Source: Eubacteriales bacterium (GTDB lineage Bacteria > Bacillota > Clostridia > Oscillospirales > CAG-272). From it: a stretch of DNA of 64,000 bases. The translations under genes were made by a program, and so were the position numbers. The stretch is from the NCBI GenBank assembly GCA_045611685.1, contig JAZKXO010000106.1, positions 92,493-156,492 on the forward strand. Reading direction: 5' to 3'. Positions 36,834-45,758 of the stretch are shown here, one piece after another (positions within the stretch are counted from its first letter, which is position 1; the number at the start of each line of letters is the position of its first letter). The notes below the pieces were generated by a model. It was given only the letters and a program-made list of their open reading frames with translations. It had not been told where the DNA came from and searched no databases.

Positions 36834-37724
36834 TCACCGATTTTCCGCGGCGGCCAGATACTGCTTGTAGAACACACCTTTCGAAATGCCACGTGCTTTG
36901 GCGGCGGCTTTAATTGCATCCATTCGCTCCATTCCGGAGCCCATAAGAACAGACACGTGGTCCAGGGGATTCTCTGGATAATCATTGGTAAGTTCGCCTT
37001 CGGTACCGCCCTCGATCACAAGAACGTATTCGCCGCGCGGCTCGTTATTTTCGTACAGTTGCACGGCGCCCGAGAGTGTGGTGCGAATGACTTCTTCGTT
37101 CAGTTTTGTAATCTCGCGGCAAAGGGAAATACGTCGATCACCCATGGAGTCGAGCAAATCATAAAGTGTACGCTTCAGCTTATGCGGCGCTTCGTAGAGG
37201 ATTATTGTTCTCGTTTCCTTAGTCAAAAGGGAAATGCGCTCGCGGCGTTCGCTTTTGCTCGGGGGTAAAAAACCCTCAAACACAAAACGGCGCGTAGGCA
37301 ACCCGGACATAGAGAGAGCTGTAACCGCGGCACACGCTCCGGGGATTGAGGATACAGGAACACCGCGTTCAGCACAGAGCGCTACGATATCCTCCCCGGG
37401 ATCGCTGATGGCAGGCGTGCCTGCATCGGTAATAAGAGCACAGGATTCGCCGTTCAGAAGACGTCCGACGATTTCCTCACCGCGTTCGCGCTTATTGTGC
37501 TCGTGGTAACTGACAAACGGTTTTGCGATACCGTAGCGCTGAAGAAGCATGCCGGAATTCCGTGTATCTTCCGCCGCTACAAAATCCACGCCCGCCAGCA
37601 CCTTTAGCGCCCGCTCGGTAATGTCGGACAAATTGCCGATTGGGGTTGCCACAAGATAAAGGACCCCACCGAGGACGCGGTTTTTCTCCGACTCGGAATC
37701 CGTACGGATCGGATGATCGTTCAT
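36834..37724 (-). CDS. rsmI: 16S rRNA (cytidine1402-2'-O)-methyltransferase
   Basis: LYLVATPIGNLSDIT motif and tetrapyrrole-methylase fold length (296 aa). Confidence 0.9.
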   Translation of the reverse strand: MNDHPIRTDSESEKNRVLGGVLYLVATPIGNLSDITERALKVLAGVDFVAAEDTRNSGMLLQRYGIAKPFVSYHEHNKRERGEEIVGRLLNGESCALITDAGTPAISDPGEDIVALCAERGVPVSSIPGACAAVTALSMSGLPTRRFVFEGFLPPSKSERRERISLLTKETRTIILYEAPHKLKRTLYDLLDSMGDRRISLCREITKLNEEVIRTTLSGAVQLYENNEPRGEYVLVIEGGTEGELTNDYPENPLDHVSVLMGSGMERMDAIKAAAKARGISKGVFYKQYLAAAENR

Positions 37725-38524
37725 GTTGTTCCTCCTTTACGGGTTTCAAAAAGAAACTCCATTGAAAACGTATCGTAAATGCGCGCCATTGATTCAGTAT
37801 AAACGCGATTGGCGCGACTTTGGTAAATAATAAGCGGCGGCGCCTGAATTAATGACGGCGAGGCGTCTTTTTTTGATTCAATCAGCACAAGACAGGGACG
37901 GCTTTCGACGTCCGGATACACGGTTACCATTCGCTTTGGTTCAAGACGCACATCACGCAATGCAGAGATGAGTTCCGGCAACCGATCGGGTCGAAAAACC
38001 GTGTAGAACAAACCGCCCGTCATAAGAAGGCGTGATGCGGCGGCACAAAAATCAAGAATCGTACCGTTGCACTCCCGCCGTGCGATCTCCATACGGTCGT
38101 CAGCGCTCGAAAAGCCTGCGCCTTTTACCATATACGGCGGATTGGAGATAACGGCAGAAACGGCACCGCCTGTATCGGCCTGGGTTAATTCACGGACGTC
38201 TTTGTTCAAAACGGATACACGCTCCTGAAAATTATTAAGCGCTGCATTCCTTTGAATAAGATCGCAAAACGGTTCCTGTATCTCCACAGCAAACGCGTTC
38301 TTATATTTACCGCGCGCAAGACAAAGGAAGGAAGCCACACCCGTACCGCTTCCCAAATCAACAACGGACGAGGTGGGTATTGGCTTCGCAAAAGCAGAAA
38401 GGAGATAAGCGTCCGTTCCAAAAGTCAGTCCGCCTATTTTTTGTATCAACGAAAGGTTTTCGTTGATCTCATCAAGGCGCTCATCGTCTTTTAAAATAAC
38501 TTTATTATCCGCAATTTTCTCCAT
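37721..38524 (-). CDS. SAM-dependent methyltransferase, tRNA1(Val) m6A37 methyltransferase-like (YabB family)
   Basis: VDLGSGTGV SAM motif and NPPY motif. 4-nt overlap with rsmI. Start placed at ATG 38524 (AAGG about 9 nt upstream) rather than the GTG at 38530. Confidence 0.75.
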   Translation of the reverse strand: MEKIADNKVILKDDERLDEINENLSLIQKIGGLTFGTDAYLLSAFAKPIPTSSVVDLGSGTGVASFLCLARGKYKNAFAVEIQEPFCDLIQRNAALNNFQERVSVLNKDVRELTQADTGGAVSAVISNPPYMVKGAGFSSADDRMEIARRECNGTILDFCAAASRLLMTGGLFYTVFRPDRLPELISALRDVRLEPKRMVTVYPDVESRPCLVLIESKKDASPSLIQAPPLIIYQSRANRVYTESMARIYDTFSMEFLFETRKGGTT

Positions 38525-38607
38525 ATGCACCGCCTTAGCATAAAATCCTCAAAATAACAAAAAACGCGCACGAGGCGCGCTTTTGTTATGTAGACAACAA
38601 ACTGAAA

Positions 38608-38778
38608 TTATTCAGCTGCGGGAGCATCTACAGGGCATGCGCCTGCACAAGCGCCGCACTCGATGCATTCGTCTGCATTGATGACGTACTTGCCGTCTTT
38701 TTCGGTAATGCACTCAACAGGGCATTCGCTTGCGCAAGCGCCGCAGCCGATGCATTCATCAGAAATCTTGTAAGCCAT
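38608..38778 (-). CDS. fdx: Clostridial-type 2x[4Fe-4S] ferredoxin (56 aa, not in the ORF track)
   Basis: My translation of the - strand from ATG 38778 (GGAGG 7 nt upstream): MAYKISDECIGCGACASECPVECITEKDGKYVINADECIECGACAGACPVDAPAAE, stop at 38608-38610. It has two CxxCxxCxxxCP motifs. Below the 60-aa track cutoff, and shadowed by an out-of-frame 64-aa ORF (38628..38822). Confidence 0.9.
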   Translation of the reverse strand: MAYKISDECIGCGACASECPVECITEKDGKYVINADECIECGACAGACPVDAPAAE

Positions 38779-38800
38779 TTGAAGCACCTCCGATTTATTA

Positions 38801-38828
38801 GATTGATACTATTGTAGCACAAAAAAAT
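38801..38828 (-). promoter_or_regulatory. Sigma-A type promoter of the ferredoxin gene
   Basis: - strand TTGCTT (38828-38823), 16-nt spacer, TACAAT (38806-38801), preceded by TGC (extended -10). Confidence 0.55.
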
Positions 38829-38928
38829 GAAAAAGCAATCGTTTTTGAAAAAAATGTTGAAAATTCATGCGATAAATCTTTCACTCATCTGCCAAAATAC
38901 GCGCAAATAACCTTGAGAGCGGAAAAAG

Positions 38929-39837
38929 TTATTCCTGTTCCGCCTTTTTATTGCCGGATTTTCCATTTCCTCGCTCCGGCGCTTTGAGAACGGTAACAGT
39001 ATCTCTGTGGAAACTTCTGTAGATTGTATTGCCTTGTTTGTCAACGAGAGCAATCTTGAGCATCCCCGTGAGAGGCGTGATCTCGGACACCGTACCGACA
39101 CCGTCATCCGTTTTTACACGGCTGCCGACCGGCGGAGTAAGACGAAGCTCCTCTTCATAAGCCTGATATTCGTAATTGAGGCAGCACATAAGACGTCCGC
39201 AGGTGCCGGAAATTTTCGCGGAGTTCAGCGAAAGATTCTGTTCCTTTGCCATCTTTATGGAAACCTGCGCAAAGTCAGATAAAAACGTGGAGCAACAGAA
39301 GGGGCGTCCGCAGATACCGATACCGCCCATCATTTTCGCCTCGTCACGAATACCGATCTGTCTGAGCTCAATACGGGTACGGAAGACGGATGCAAGATCC
39401 TTTACGAGCTCGCGGAAATCAACACGGCCTTCCGCAGAGAAGTAGAAAAGAAGCTTGTTATTGTCGAACGTGTATTCCGCGTCAATGAGCTTCATTTCGA
39501 GCTTGTGATCTCGAATTTTCTCAAGGCATACGTCAAAAGCGTTCTTTTCAAGCTGAACGTTTGCTTCGTGGCGTTCAATATCCTGTTTTGTTGCAATGCG
39601 GATCACCGGACGAAGCGGCGGTACAATTTCAAAAGTGGGAACGGTTTTGTTACCGCAAGTTGACACACCGTACTCCGTGCCGCGTGCGGTTTCAACGATC
39701 ACCGGCGTTTCAGCGTCAATGTTAAGCTTACCGGGCGAGAAGTAATAAACTTTTCCAGTATCACGAAAACGGACACCAATGACTTCCGTCGTTTCCGGAG
39801 AACCGAAATTCTGGTGCATTCTGTTATCTTGTGCCAT
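38929..39837 (-). CDS. ricT: PSP1-domain protein RicT (YaaT, stage 0 sporulation protein)
   Basis: VIGVRFRDTGKVYYFSP N-terminal region, Cys cluster GRPFCCSTFL...GTCGRLMCCLNYE. Follows holB as in Bacillus. Confidence 0.88.
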   Translation of the reverse strand: MAQDNRMHQNFGSPETTEVIGVRFRDTGKVYYFSPGKLNIDAETPVIVETARGTEYGVSTCGNKTVPTFEIVPPLRPVIRIATKQDIERHEANVQLEKNAFDVCLEKIRDHKLEMKLIDAEYTFDNNKLLFYFSAEGRVDFRELVKDLASVFRTRIELRQIGIRDEAKMMGGIGICGRPFCCSTFLSDFAQVSIKMAKEQNLSLNSAKISGTCGRLMCCLNYEYQAYEEELRLTPPVGSRVKTDDGVGTVSEITPLTGMLKIALVDKQGNTIYRSFHRDTVTVLKAPERGNGKSGNKKAEQE

Positions 39838-39891
39838 AAATTTATACGATTGAATCGTTTCCTTTCTGGTAATTCTTATCGCTGAGAGAAA

Positions 39892-40929
39892 TCAGTGTTT
39901 ATTCATAAAAAGAGATACAAAGATTGCCTGAATTGTTCCGTTTGCGAGGATATCGCCGCGTGCTGTCATAACGTCATCGGATGCCAGAACGATACGTTCA
40001 AGAGAAACTTTGTCCGTTACAGCCCTGCACTCATCAGCGGTGCCGTAAAACAAAAGAGGAACGGCGGCGTTTTTTTTGACAGCCGCAAGGTCGCGAAGAG
40101 CTGTAGCCACGAGACGTAAAAGCTCGGCTGCATCGTTTCGCTCTTTTGGGATCGCTTTTAATAAACTGATTGCCGCTTCGGAAGAAGGGAAAAACAACTG
40201 TGAAACAATAAGCCTGGCGGTTTCACGAAGCGCAAAGGTTTCAGCACTCATCGAATCATCTGCCGTAAGCAGTATTTCCGCCATCCCGATGGCACCTTCG
40301 CCGGCGATAACAGCCTCAGAGAATCTTTTCGACTCTCGATCGGCAAGCGACTTATAGCGCGGTTTGTTTCTTAGAAACGCCGCAATCTCGTCTACCGAAA
40401 AAGTCTGCATCCGAAACACGGGAGCACGGCTACGAATCGTTTCAAGAAGCGCTATTGCGTTTTTTGTCAGAAGAAAAAACACGACATACGGCGGCGGATC
40501 CTCTAAAGAAAGAAGAAGTGCGTTCTGTGCCTCTTCCGTCATCGTTTCCGCATTTTCTATGATATATACTTTTTTCTCATTTTCGTTCGGTGCAATCCAT
40601 AAATCCTCTCTGAGACGGCGAATTGTATTTACCCCCATCGTTGCCCGATCTTCATCGCGACGGATGTATTGCACGTCAGGGGAAATCCGTTCTGCAATTT
40701 TTCGACAGGAAAGACACTCGCCGCAAGGCAACGGGAATTGCGAATCGTCCTTTTTCTCACAGGAAAGAGCCGCACTCATAGCTTCGGCAACGGTATGTTT
40801 TCCGGATCCGTCATGGCCTTCAATGATATACGCATGACCGAAGCGGTTCAAAAGAATATCGCTGCCGGCGATCGCGCGGAAATGATCGTTTCCGTACAGC
40901 GAAGGAAAAACAGAGCGCTCTGTATCCAT
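39892..40929 (-). CDS. holB: DNA polymerase III subunit delta'
   Basis: Track ORF trimmed to ATG 40929, preceded by GGGAGG. HAYIIEGHDGSGKHT P-loop-like motif and Zn module CGECLSCRKI. Confidence 0.82.
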   Translation of the reverse strand: MDTERSVFPSLYGNDHFRAIAGSDILLNRFGHAYIIEGHDGSGKHTVAEAMSAALSCEKKDDSQFPLPCGECLSCRKIAERISPDVQYIRRDEDRATMGVNTIRRLREDLWIAPNENEKKVYIIENAETMTEEAQNALLLSLEDPPPYVVFFLLTKNAIALLETIRSRAPVFRMQTFSVDEIAAFLRNKPRYKSLADRESKRFSEAVIAGEGAIGMAEILLTADDSMSAETFALRETARLIVSQLFFPSSEAAISLLKAIPKERNDAAELLRLVATALRDLAAVKKNAAVPLLFYGTADECRAVTDKVSLERIVLASDDVMTARGDILANGTIQAIFVSLFMNKH

Positions 40930-41067
40930 CCGAAGCCTCCCTTGGACGAAAATGCGTGTATAAGTGCATACACGAGATATTATATCAAATCTATGCGTCT
41001 CTGTCAAATCAAAATAATGATCCTACAAAAATATTGAAGAAACCAAGTAACCGAAACAGGTGAATAT

Positions 41068-41895
41068 ATGAAACTGCACGATTTTGTTAAAAAAGAGCCT
41101 CTGATAGCGCGGATGGCTATTCTGTGGTTATCCGTTACCTCGACCCTTTGTCTTGCCGCGCTCATAGCGGTCGGGGGAATAACGGCACACAAAGAGGCCG
41201 TCAGGCTCACTACAAACGTAAAGCTCATTGCGTCAGATATTCTATCGTTGCGCGATGCGCTGGAGATAAACGACGATACAGAAGCAAGGATCAAGTCCGC
41301 GCTCATCGCAGCGAGAAGCGAGTCGTGCCTCAATGGCAGAGAAGCGCAAACTCTGAATAAAATTATTTTGGCAAAAAACGGTGAATTCTCATATCTGTGC
41401 GAACAGATAGAAGCCTTGGCAACCCAAAATGGCCTCGGCTACGGAAGATTCAAGGAAGTTCTCAGGGAAATTGACCGCACGAAAAACTTTGAAAAATCAG
41501 CAGCAAGCACGAGAAGAACAACAGAACAGCAAACAGCCGATCAAGTAAAGGAATCGGAGAAATTTTTCGGCATACAGGACATATTTCATTCGGCTGATAA
41601 AGGTGCGTATTGCGAAAATTTATATATCTCGTTCAGCGGAAGAAGGAATACCGTGTCTGAATACGCCGTAGAGTGCACACCACTCTCGGGAAATCTCTCC
41701 GCGAACGATTACGAGCGAAAAATCAATGAGTTTTCGAAAGCCAAGCTGTGGCTATCATATCCCGAAATTAGCGGAGGCGCAGAACATGGCGGTATTTACT
41801 GGGCAGAGATAAGCGAAAACGGAAAAAGCATCGGAAAAATTGGCGTGCGCAGCGACACAGGTGCCATCTGCTTTTTTAGACAGGTTAATAAATAA
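41068..41895 (+). CDS. Hypothetical membrane-anchored protein (275 aa)
   Basis: AGGTGA 5 nt upstream of the ATG. One N-terminal TM (ILWLSVTSTLCLAALIAVGGI), a helical middle part, and a C-terminal beta-rich segment (GGIYWAEISENGKSIGKIGVRSDTGAICFF) that loosely recalls PepSY domains. No firm family. Confidence 0.6.
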   Translation: MKLHDFVKKEPLIARMAILWLSVTSTLCLAALIAVGGITAHKEAVRLTTNVKLIASDILSLRDALEINDDTEARIKSALIAARSESCLNGREAQTLNKIILAKNGEFSYLCEQIEALATQNGLGYGRFKEVLREIDRTKNFEKSAASTRRTTEQQTADQVKESEKFFGIQDIFHSADKGAYCENLYISFSGRRNTVSEYAVECTPLSGNLSANDYERKINEFSKAKLWLSYPEISGGAEHGGIYWAEISENGKSIGKIGVRSDTGAICFFRQVNK

Positions 41896-41919
41896 ACGAA
41901 TAAAAAGTCAAGGTATGTA

Positions 41920-41948
41920 TTGATTTTTTGCCGAATTTATGATATAAT
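41920..41948 (+). promoter_or_regulatory. Sigma-A type promoter of coaE-slt
   Basis: TTGATT (41920-41925), 17-nt spacer, TATAAT (41943-41948), preceded by TGA. Confidence 0.6.
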
Positions 41949-41989
41949 ATTATTGATTTTGATCGCCACACTGTCAAAGCGAGGACCTC

Positions 41990-42628
41990 ATGAGTAAAAC
42001 AGTAATTATCGGGCTTTGCGGAAGAAGCGGCACCGGCAAAGGATATGTTGCGAGAAAATTTCTGTCATACGGTATACCCTTCGTTGACACAGATGAAGTA
42101 TACCGCTCTATGACCGCTCCTGCGACCGAGTTCTCACAGTGCATGCTTGAGCTGATAGACGCGTTCGGCAACACGATCGCCCTTCCGGACCGATCGCTGA
42201 ACCGCCGCGCTCTGTCAGATATCGTCTTCGCGCAGGGAAACGATGAGGCCCGATTGACACTCAATCGCATCACCCACAAACACATTCTCAACGAAACTAA
42301 AAAAATCGTTAACCGGTACGTAAAGGAAAGCGCCCCCGCTGTTCTTATCGATGCCCCTCTCCTTTTTGAAAGCGAATTTGACGCTTACTGCGACTATACG
42401 GTGTGCGTAACCGCTCCTTCGGAGGTGTCGATACAGCGTATCGTCTCACGCGACGGCATAACAGAAGAACAAGCGCGTCTGCGTCTCAATAGCCAAATGA
42501 AACCAGAAGAGCTGATCAGCCGCTGCGATTATCATATTAAAAACGGCCTGAATGAAAGCACTTTGGAAACGCAAATAGATATTGTTGTGCGCGATATACT
42601 TTCTCACTTTCACGGATCGGAGGAATAA
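41990..42628 (+). CDS. coaE: Dephospho-CoA kinase
   Basis: P-loop IIGLCGRSGTGKG at the N-terminus, about 210 aa, DPCK-like layout. Confidence 0.8.
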   Translation: MSKTVIIGLCGRSGTGKGYVARKFLSYGIPFVDTDEVYRSMTAPATEFSQCMLELIDAFGNTIALPDRSLNRRALSDIVFAQGNDEARLTLNRITHKHILNETKKIVNRYVKESAPAVLIDAPLLFESEFDAYCDYTVCVTAPSEVSIQRIVSRDGITEEQARLRLNSQMKPEELISRCDYHIKNGLNESTLETQIDIVVRDILSHFHGSEE

Positions 42629-42629
42629 G

Positions 42630-43214
42630 GTGCCATCTAACTTTAAAAGGAGCGCTCGAACGAGCGCCGTCATTCTTACGATACTTATCGCATCCATTCT
42701 TGCGGCACTATTGTATCAGACGATCTGGGATGCCATCGACCGTTCAAGATACCCGCAGGAGTATAGCGCATACGTCAGCGAATATTCCGATCGTTTCGGC
42801 GTGCCCGAGCACATCATCTACGCCGTCATCAAAGTCGAGAGCGACTTCACCAGCAATGCAGTCTCATCGGCAGGTGCCGTCGGTCTTATGCAGATCACAC
42901 CCGACACGTTCTCGTGGATTTCCATGCTCATGAAGCGAAGCGAAGACACAGGTATGCTGTACGATCCGGAGACAAACATCGAATACGGCACGTACCTTTT
43001 GTCGTACCTCTACATGCGGTATAACCGCTGGGACACGGTATTTGCCGCATACAACGCAGGAATGGCGCGCGTGGATCAGTGGCTAACAAACCCCGACTAT
43101 ACAGATGGAGACGGTCGCCTAACCAACGTTCCGTTCAAAGAAACTGACAAATATATTGACCGCGTCAACGACTCGATCAGGGTGTATAAACGCCTGTATG
43201 GCGAAACATATTAA
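42630..43214 (+). CDS. Lytic transglycosylase (SLT domain), membrane anchored
   Basis: GTG 42630 follows GGAGGA. TM helix, then the catalytic region AVIKVESDFTSNAVSSAGAVGLMQITPDTF and AYNAG. Confidence 0.85.
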   Translation: MPSNFKRSARTSAVILTILIASILAALLYQTIWDAIDRSRYPQEYSAYVSEYSDRFGVPEHIIYAVIKVESDFTSNAVSSAGAVGLMQITPDTFSWISMLMKRSEDTGMLYDPETNIEYGTYLLSYLYMRYNRWDTVFAAYNAGMARVDQWLTNPDYTDGDGRLTNVPFKETDKYIDRVNDSIRVYKRLYGETY

Positions 43215-43244
43215 CGACAATCAAACGAGAAAGGATTTTTTTAA

Positions 43245-44660
43245 ATGAGCGAACAGAAAACGAAGGGACAGCTTCTTGCAGAGGAAGTGTTCTACAAGAA
43301 GGAATCTGCTTTTGATCTTTGGAGCGCAGAAGAACTTTCTGCGGCTAAAGAATACTGCGTCGGTTATATGAAATACTTGGATGACGCAAAAACGGAAAGG
43401 GAAGCGGTAGACGCATCCATCGCCATGCTCGAGAAGGAAGGCTTCCGCGCGTACAAACTGGGCGATACCATTCACGCCGGAGATAAGCTCTACTACAACA
43501 ACCGCGGCAAGAGTCTCTATGTACTCTCCGTCGGCACAGAGGACATCAACAACGGCGTACGCATTTCCGCCTCGCATATCGATTCCCCCAGACTCGATCT
43601 CAAGCAGCACCCGCTCTTCGAGAACGACAATCTCGCATATTTTAAAACGCATTATTACGGCGGTATCCGCAAGTATCAGTGGGCAACGATCCCGCTCGCT
43701 CTTCACGGTGTCGTGATCAAAAGAAACGGCGAGTCCGTAAACGTCCGTATTGGAGATCTTCCGGGCGATCCCGTGTTCTGTATCACCGATCTTCTCCCGC
43801 ATCTCGCAAAAGATCAGAACGCAAAAACGCTCGGTGCAGCGTTCACCGGTGAAGGTCTCAATGTTCTCATAGCCGCCGGCCCCTACATGGAGGAGGACGG
43901 CAAACCCACGCCCGCATCCGATAAAGTGAAACTCTCCGTTATGGCATACCTGAACGAGAAGTACGGCATCACGGAATCCGATTTCATGAGTGCAGAACTT
44001 TCCATGGTCCCCGCCGGCAATGCTGTCGATATCGGTTTTGACCGCTGGCTCATTGGTGCATACGGCCACGATGACCGCGTCAGTGCATATCCGTCTCTCA
44101 CCGCGATTATTGAAAACAAAAACAGCCCGCACACGCTTATGTGTATCCTTGCAGATAAAGAGGAAACCGGCAGTGAAGGCGTAACGGGTATGCAGTGCTC
44201 ACTTATGGTTGATCTGATCAATGAGCTCGCAAAGCAGCTCGGCGGCAACCCGAACGTTATCCGTGCAAATTCTCTCTGCCTCTCCGCAGACGTAAGCGCA
44301 GGCTTTGATCCCAACTATCCCGAGGTGCACGAGAAGCGCAACGCCTCTCTCATCTCCTGCGGTGTTGCTATGTCCAAATACACCGGTTCCGGCGGCAAGA
44401 GTAGCACGAACGATGCGGGTGCAGAACTCGTCGGCCTTATTCGCTCTATGTTTGAAAAGGACACTGTCCTCTGGCAGACGGGCGAGCTTGGTAAAGTGGA
44501 TCAGGGCGGTGGCGGCACCGTTGCAAAGTATATTGCCAAACAAAACATCGACACCGTCGATCTCGGCGTTCCGGTGCTCTCTATGCATGCACCTTTCGAA
44601 GTTGTATCCAAAGTGGATGTATATTCCGCACACAAGGCTTTCTCGGCTTTCTGTAAATAA
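43245..44660 (+). CDS. M18 family aminopeptidase
   Basis: 471 aa. SASHIDSPRLDLK, GAYGHDDRV, DKEETGSEG and LSMHAP motifs typical of M18/aminopeptidase I-like enzymes. Confidence 0.85.
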   Translation: MSEQKTKGQLLAEEVFYKKESAFDLWSAEELSAAKEYCVGYMKYLDDAKTEREAVDASIAMLEKEGFRAYKLGDTIHAGDKLYYNNRGKSLYVLSVGTEDINNGVRISASHIDSPRLDLKQHPLFENDNLAYFKTHYYGGIRKYQWATIPLALHGVVIKRNGESVNVRIGDLPGDPVFCITDLLPHLAKDQNAKTLGAAFTGEGLNVLIAAGPYMEEDGKPTPASDKVKLSVMAYLNEKYGITESDFMSAELSMVPAGNAVDIGFDRWLIGAYGHDDRVSAYPSLTAIIENKNSPHTLMCILADKEETGSEGVTGMQCSLMVDLINELAKQLGGNPNVIRANSLCLSADVSAGFDPNYPEVHEKRNASLISCGVAMSKYTGSGGKSSTNDAGAELVGLIRSMFEKDTVLWQTGELGKVDQGGGGTVAKYIAKQNIDTVDLGVPVLSMHAPFEVVSKVDVYSAHKAFSAFCK

Positions 44661-44691
44661 ATTTTTTCGACGCCACCAAAGGAGAACCTCT

Positions 44692-45654
44692 ATGAAATCC
44701 ATGAATCAAATGCTCTACGAAATCGGTATTATCCCCGTCATAAAGATTACCGATCCGAAAAAGGCCGTACCACTGGCACGTGCGCTCTCGAACGGCGGTC
44801 TTCCCGCCGCTGAGATTACGTTCCGCACCGAATGTGCCGCAGAAGCCATTTCTGCGATCGTCAAAGAGTTTCCGGATATGCTCGTCGGTGCAGGTACCGT
44901 CCTCACCCCCGAGCAGGCTGACCGCGCAAAGGCAGCGGGCGCAAAGGTTATCGTAAGCCCCGGTCTCAACCCCAACACGGTTCGCCACTGTCAGAAGATC
45001 GGTATCCCGATCCTCCCCGGCTGCTCGAACCCCTCCGATATTGAAGCCGCTATTGAACTCGGCCTTGATACGGTGAAGTTTTTCCCTGCAGAAGCTGCCG
45101 GCGGTATTGAAATGATCAAGGCAATGTCCGCTCCTTACGGCAACATTAAGTTCATGCCTACCGGCGGCATCAACGCAAACAACCTGCTCGATTATCTGCG
45201 TTTTGATAAAGTTATCGCCTGCGGCGGCAGCTTTATGGTAAAAGAAGCACTGATCGAAGCGGAAGACTGGGACGCAATCGAAGCACTCACCAGAGAAGCA
45301 GTTATGAAAATGCTTGATTTCGACGTAAAGCACGTGGGCATCAACTGTGCGGACGAAACCGCGTGCCGCGATACCGCCAATACGCTCGAGAGCATCTTCG
45401 GCTTTGCGCAGAACGAGCGCACAGGCGCGATTTTCTCTTCCACACTCTTTGAAGTGATGAAAGCACCCGGACGCGGAAAAAACGGTCATATCGCCATCTC
45501 CACCAACTTTGTTGATCGCGCGGAAGCATTCCTCTCCCGCATGGGCGTGGAATTCATAGACGAGACGAGACGCCTTGACGCGAAAGGAAAGCCGGAGTTT
45601 GTCTATCTCAAAGATGAGATCGGCGGATTCGCTTTCCACTTGGTGAAAAAATAA
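44692..45654 (+). CDS. eda: KDPG/KHG aldolase (Eda) fused to a C-terminal VOC/glyoxalase-like domain
   Basis: Track ORF 44305..45654 trimmed to ATG 44692 (AAAGGAG 8 nt upstream), because the upstream part overlaps the aminopeptidase gene. Residues 1-212 carry the Eda motifs AAEITFRT, GAGTV, VKFFPAE and PTGGI. Residues ~213-320 (VKHVGINC...GHIAIST...FHLV) look like a VOC module. Confidence 0.8.
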   Translation: MKSMNQMLYEIGIIPVIKITDPKKAVPLARALSNGGLPAAEITFRTECAAEAISAIVKEFPDMLVGAGTVLTPEQADRAKAAGAKVIVSPGLNPNTVRHCQKIGIPILPGCSNPSDIEAAIELGLDTVKFFPAEAAGGIEMIKAMSAPYGNIKFMPTGGINANNLLDYLRFDKVIACGGSFMVKEALIEAEDWDAIEALTREAVMKMLDFDVKHVGINCADETACRDTANTLESIFGFAQNERTGAIFSSTLFEVMKAPGRGKNGHIAISTNFVDRAEAFLSRMGVEFIDETRRLDAKGKPEFVYLKDEIGGFAFHLVKK

Positions 45655-45758
45655 TTACATAAACTCTTGAGTATACGGACTGCTCCCGTGCGTTTTACGC
45701 GCGGGAGCCCGTGTACGTTTTACGATATTCCGATTCTGCTTCGAAGGAGGCAAACATA

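Noticed and set aside
38628-38822. 64-aa - strand ORF listed in the track
   Set aside because: It is out of frame with, and fully overlapped by, the 56-aa ferredoxin frame, which has an SD and two CxxCxxCxxxCP motifs. The 64-aa translation is Ala/Ser-rich nonsense.
44305-44691. N-terminal 129 codons of track ORF 44305..45654
   Set aside because: This part overlaps the 3' end of the aminopeptidase gene in another frame. A strong SD (AAAGGAG) and ATG at 44692 give a normal Eda N-terminus.
43221-45639. Long - strand ORFs 43221..44132 and 44581..45639
   Set aside because: Antisense to the M18 aminopeptidase and the eda fusion. The translations are junk-like (C/R/F-rich).
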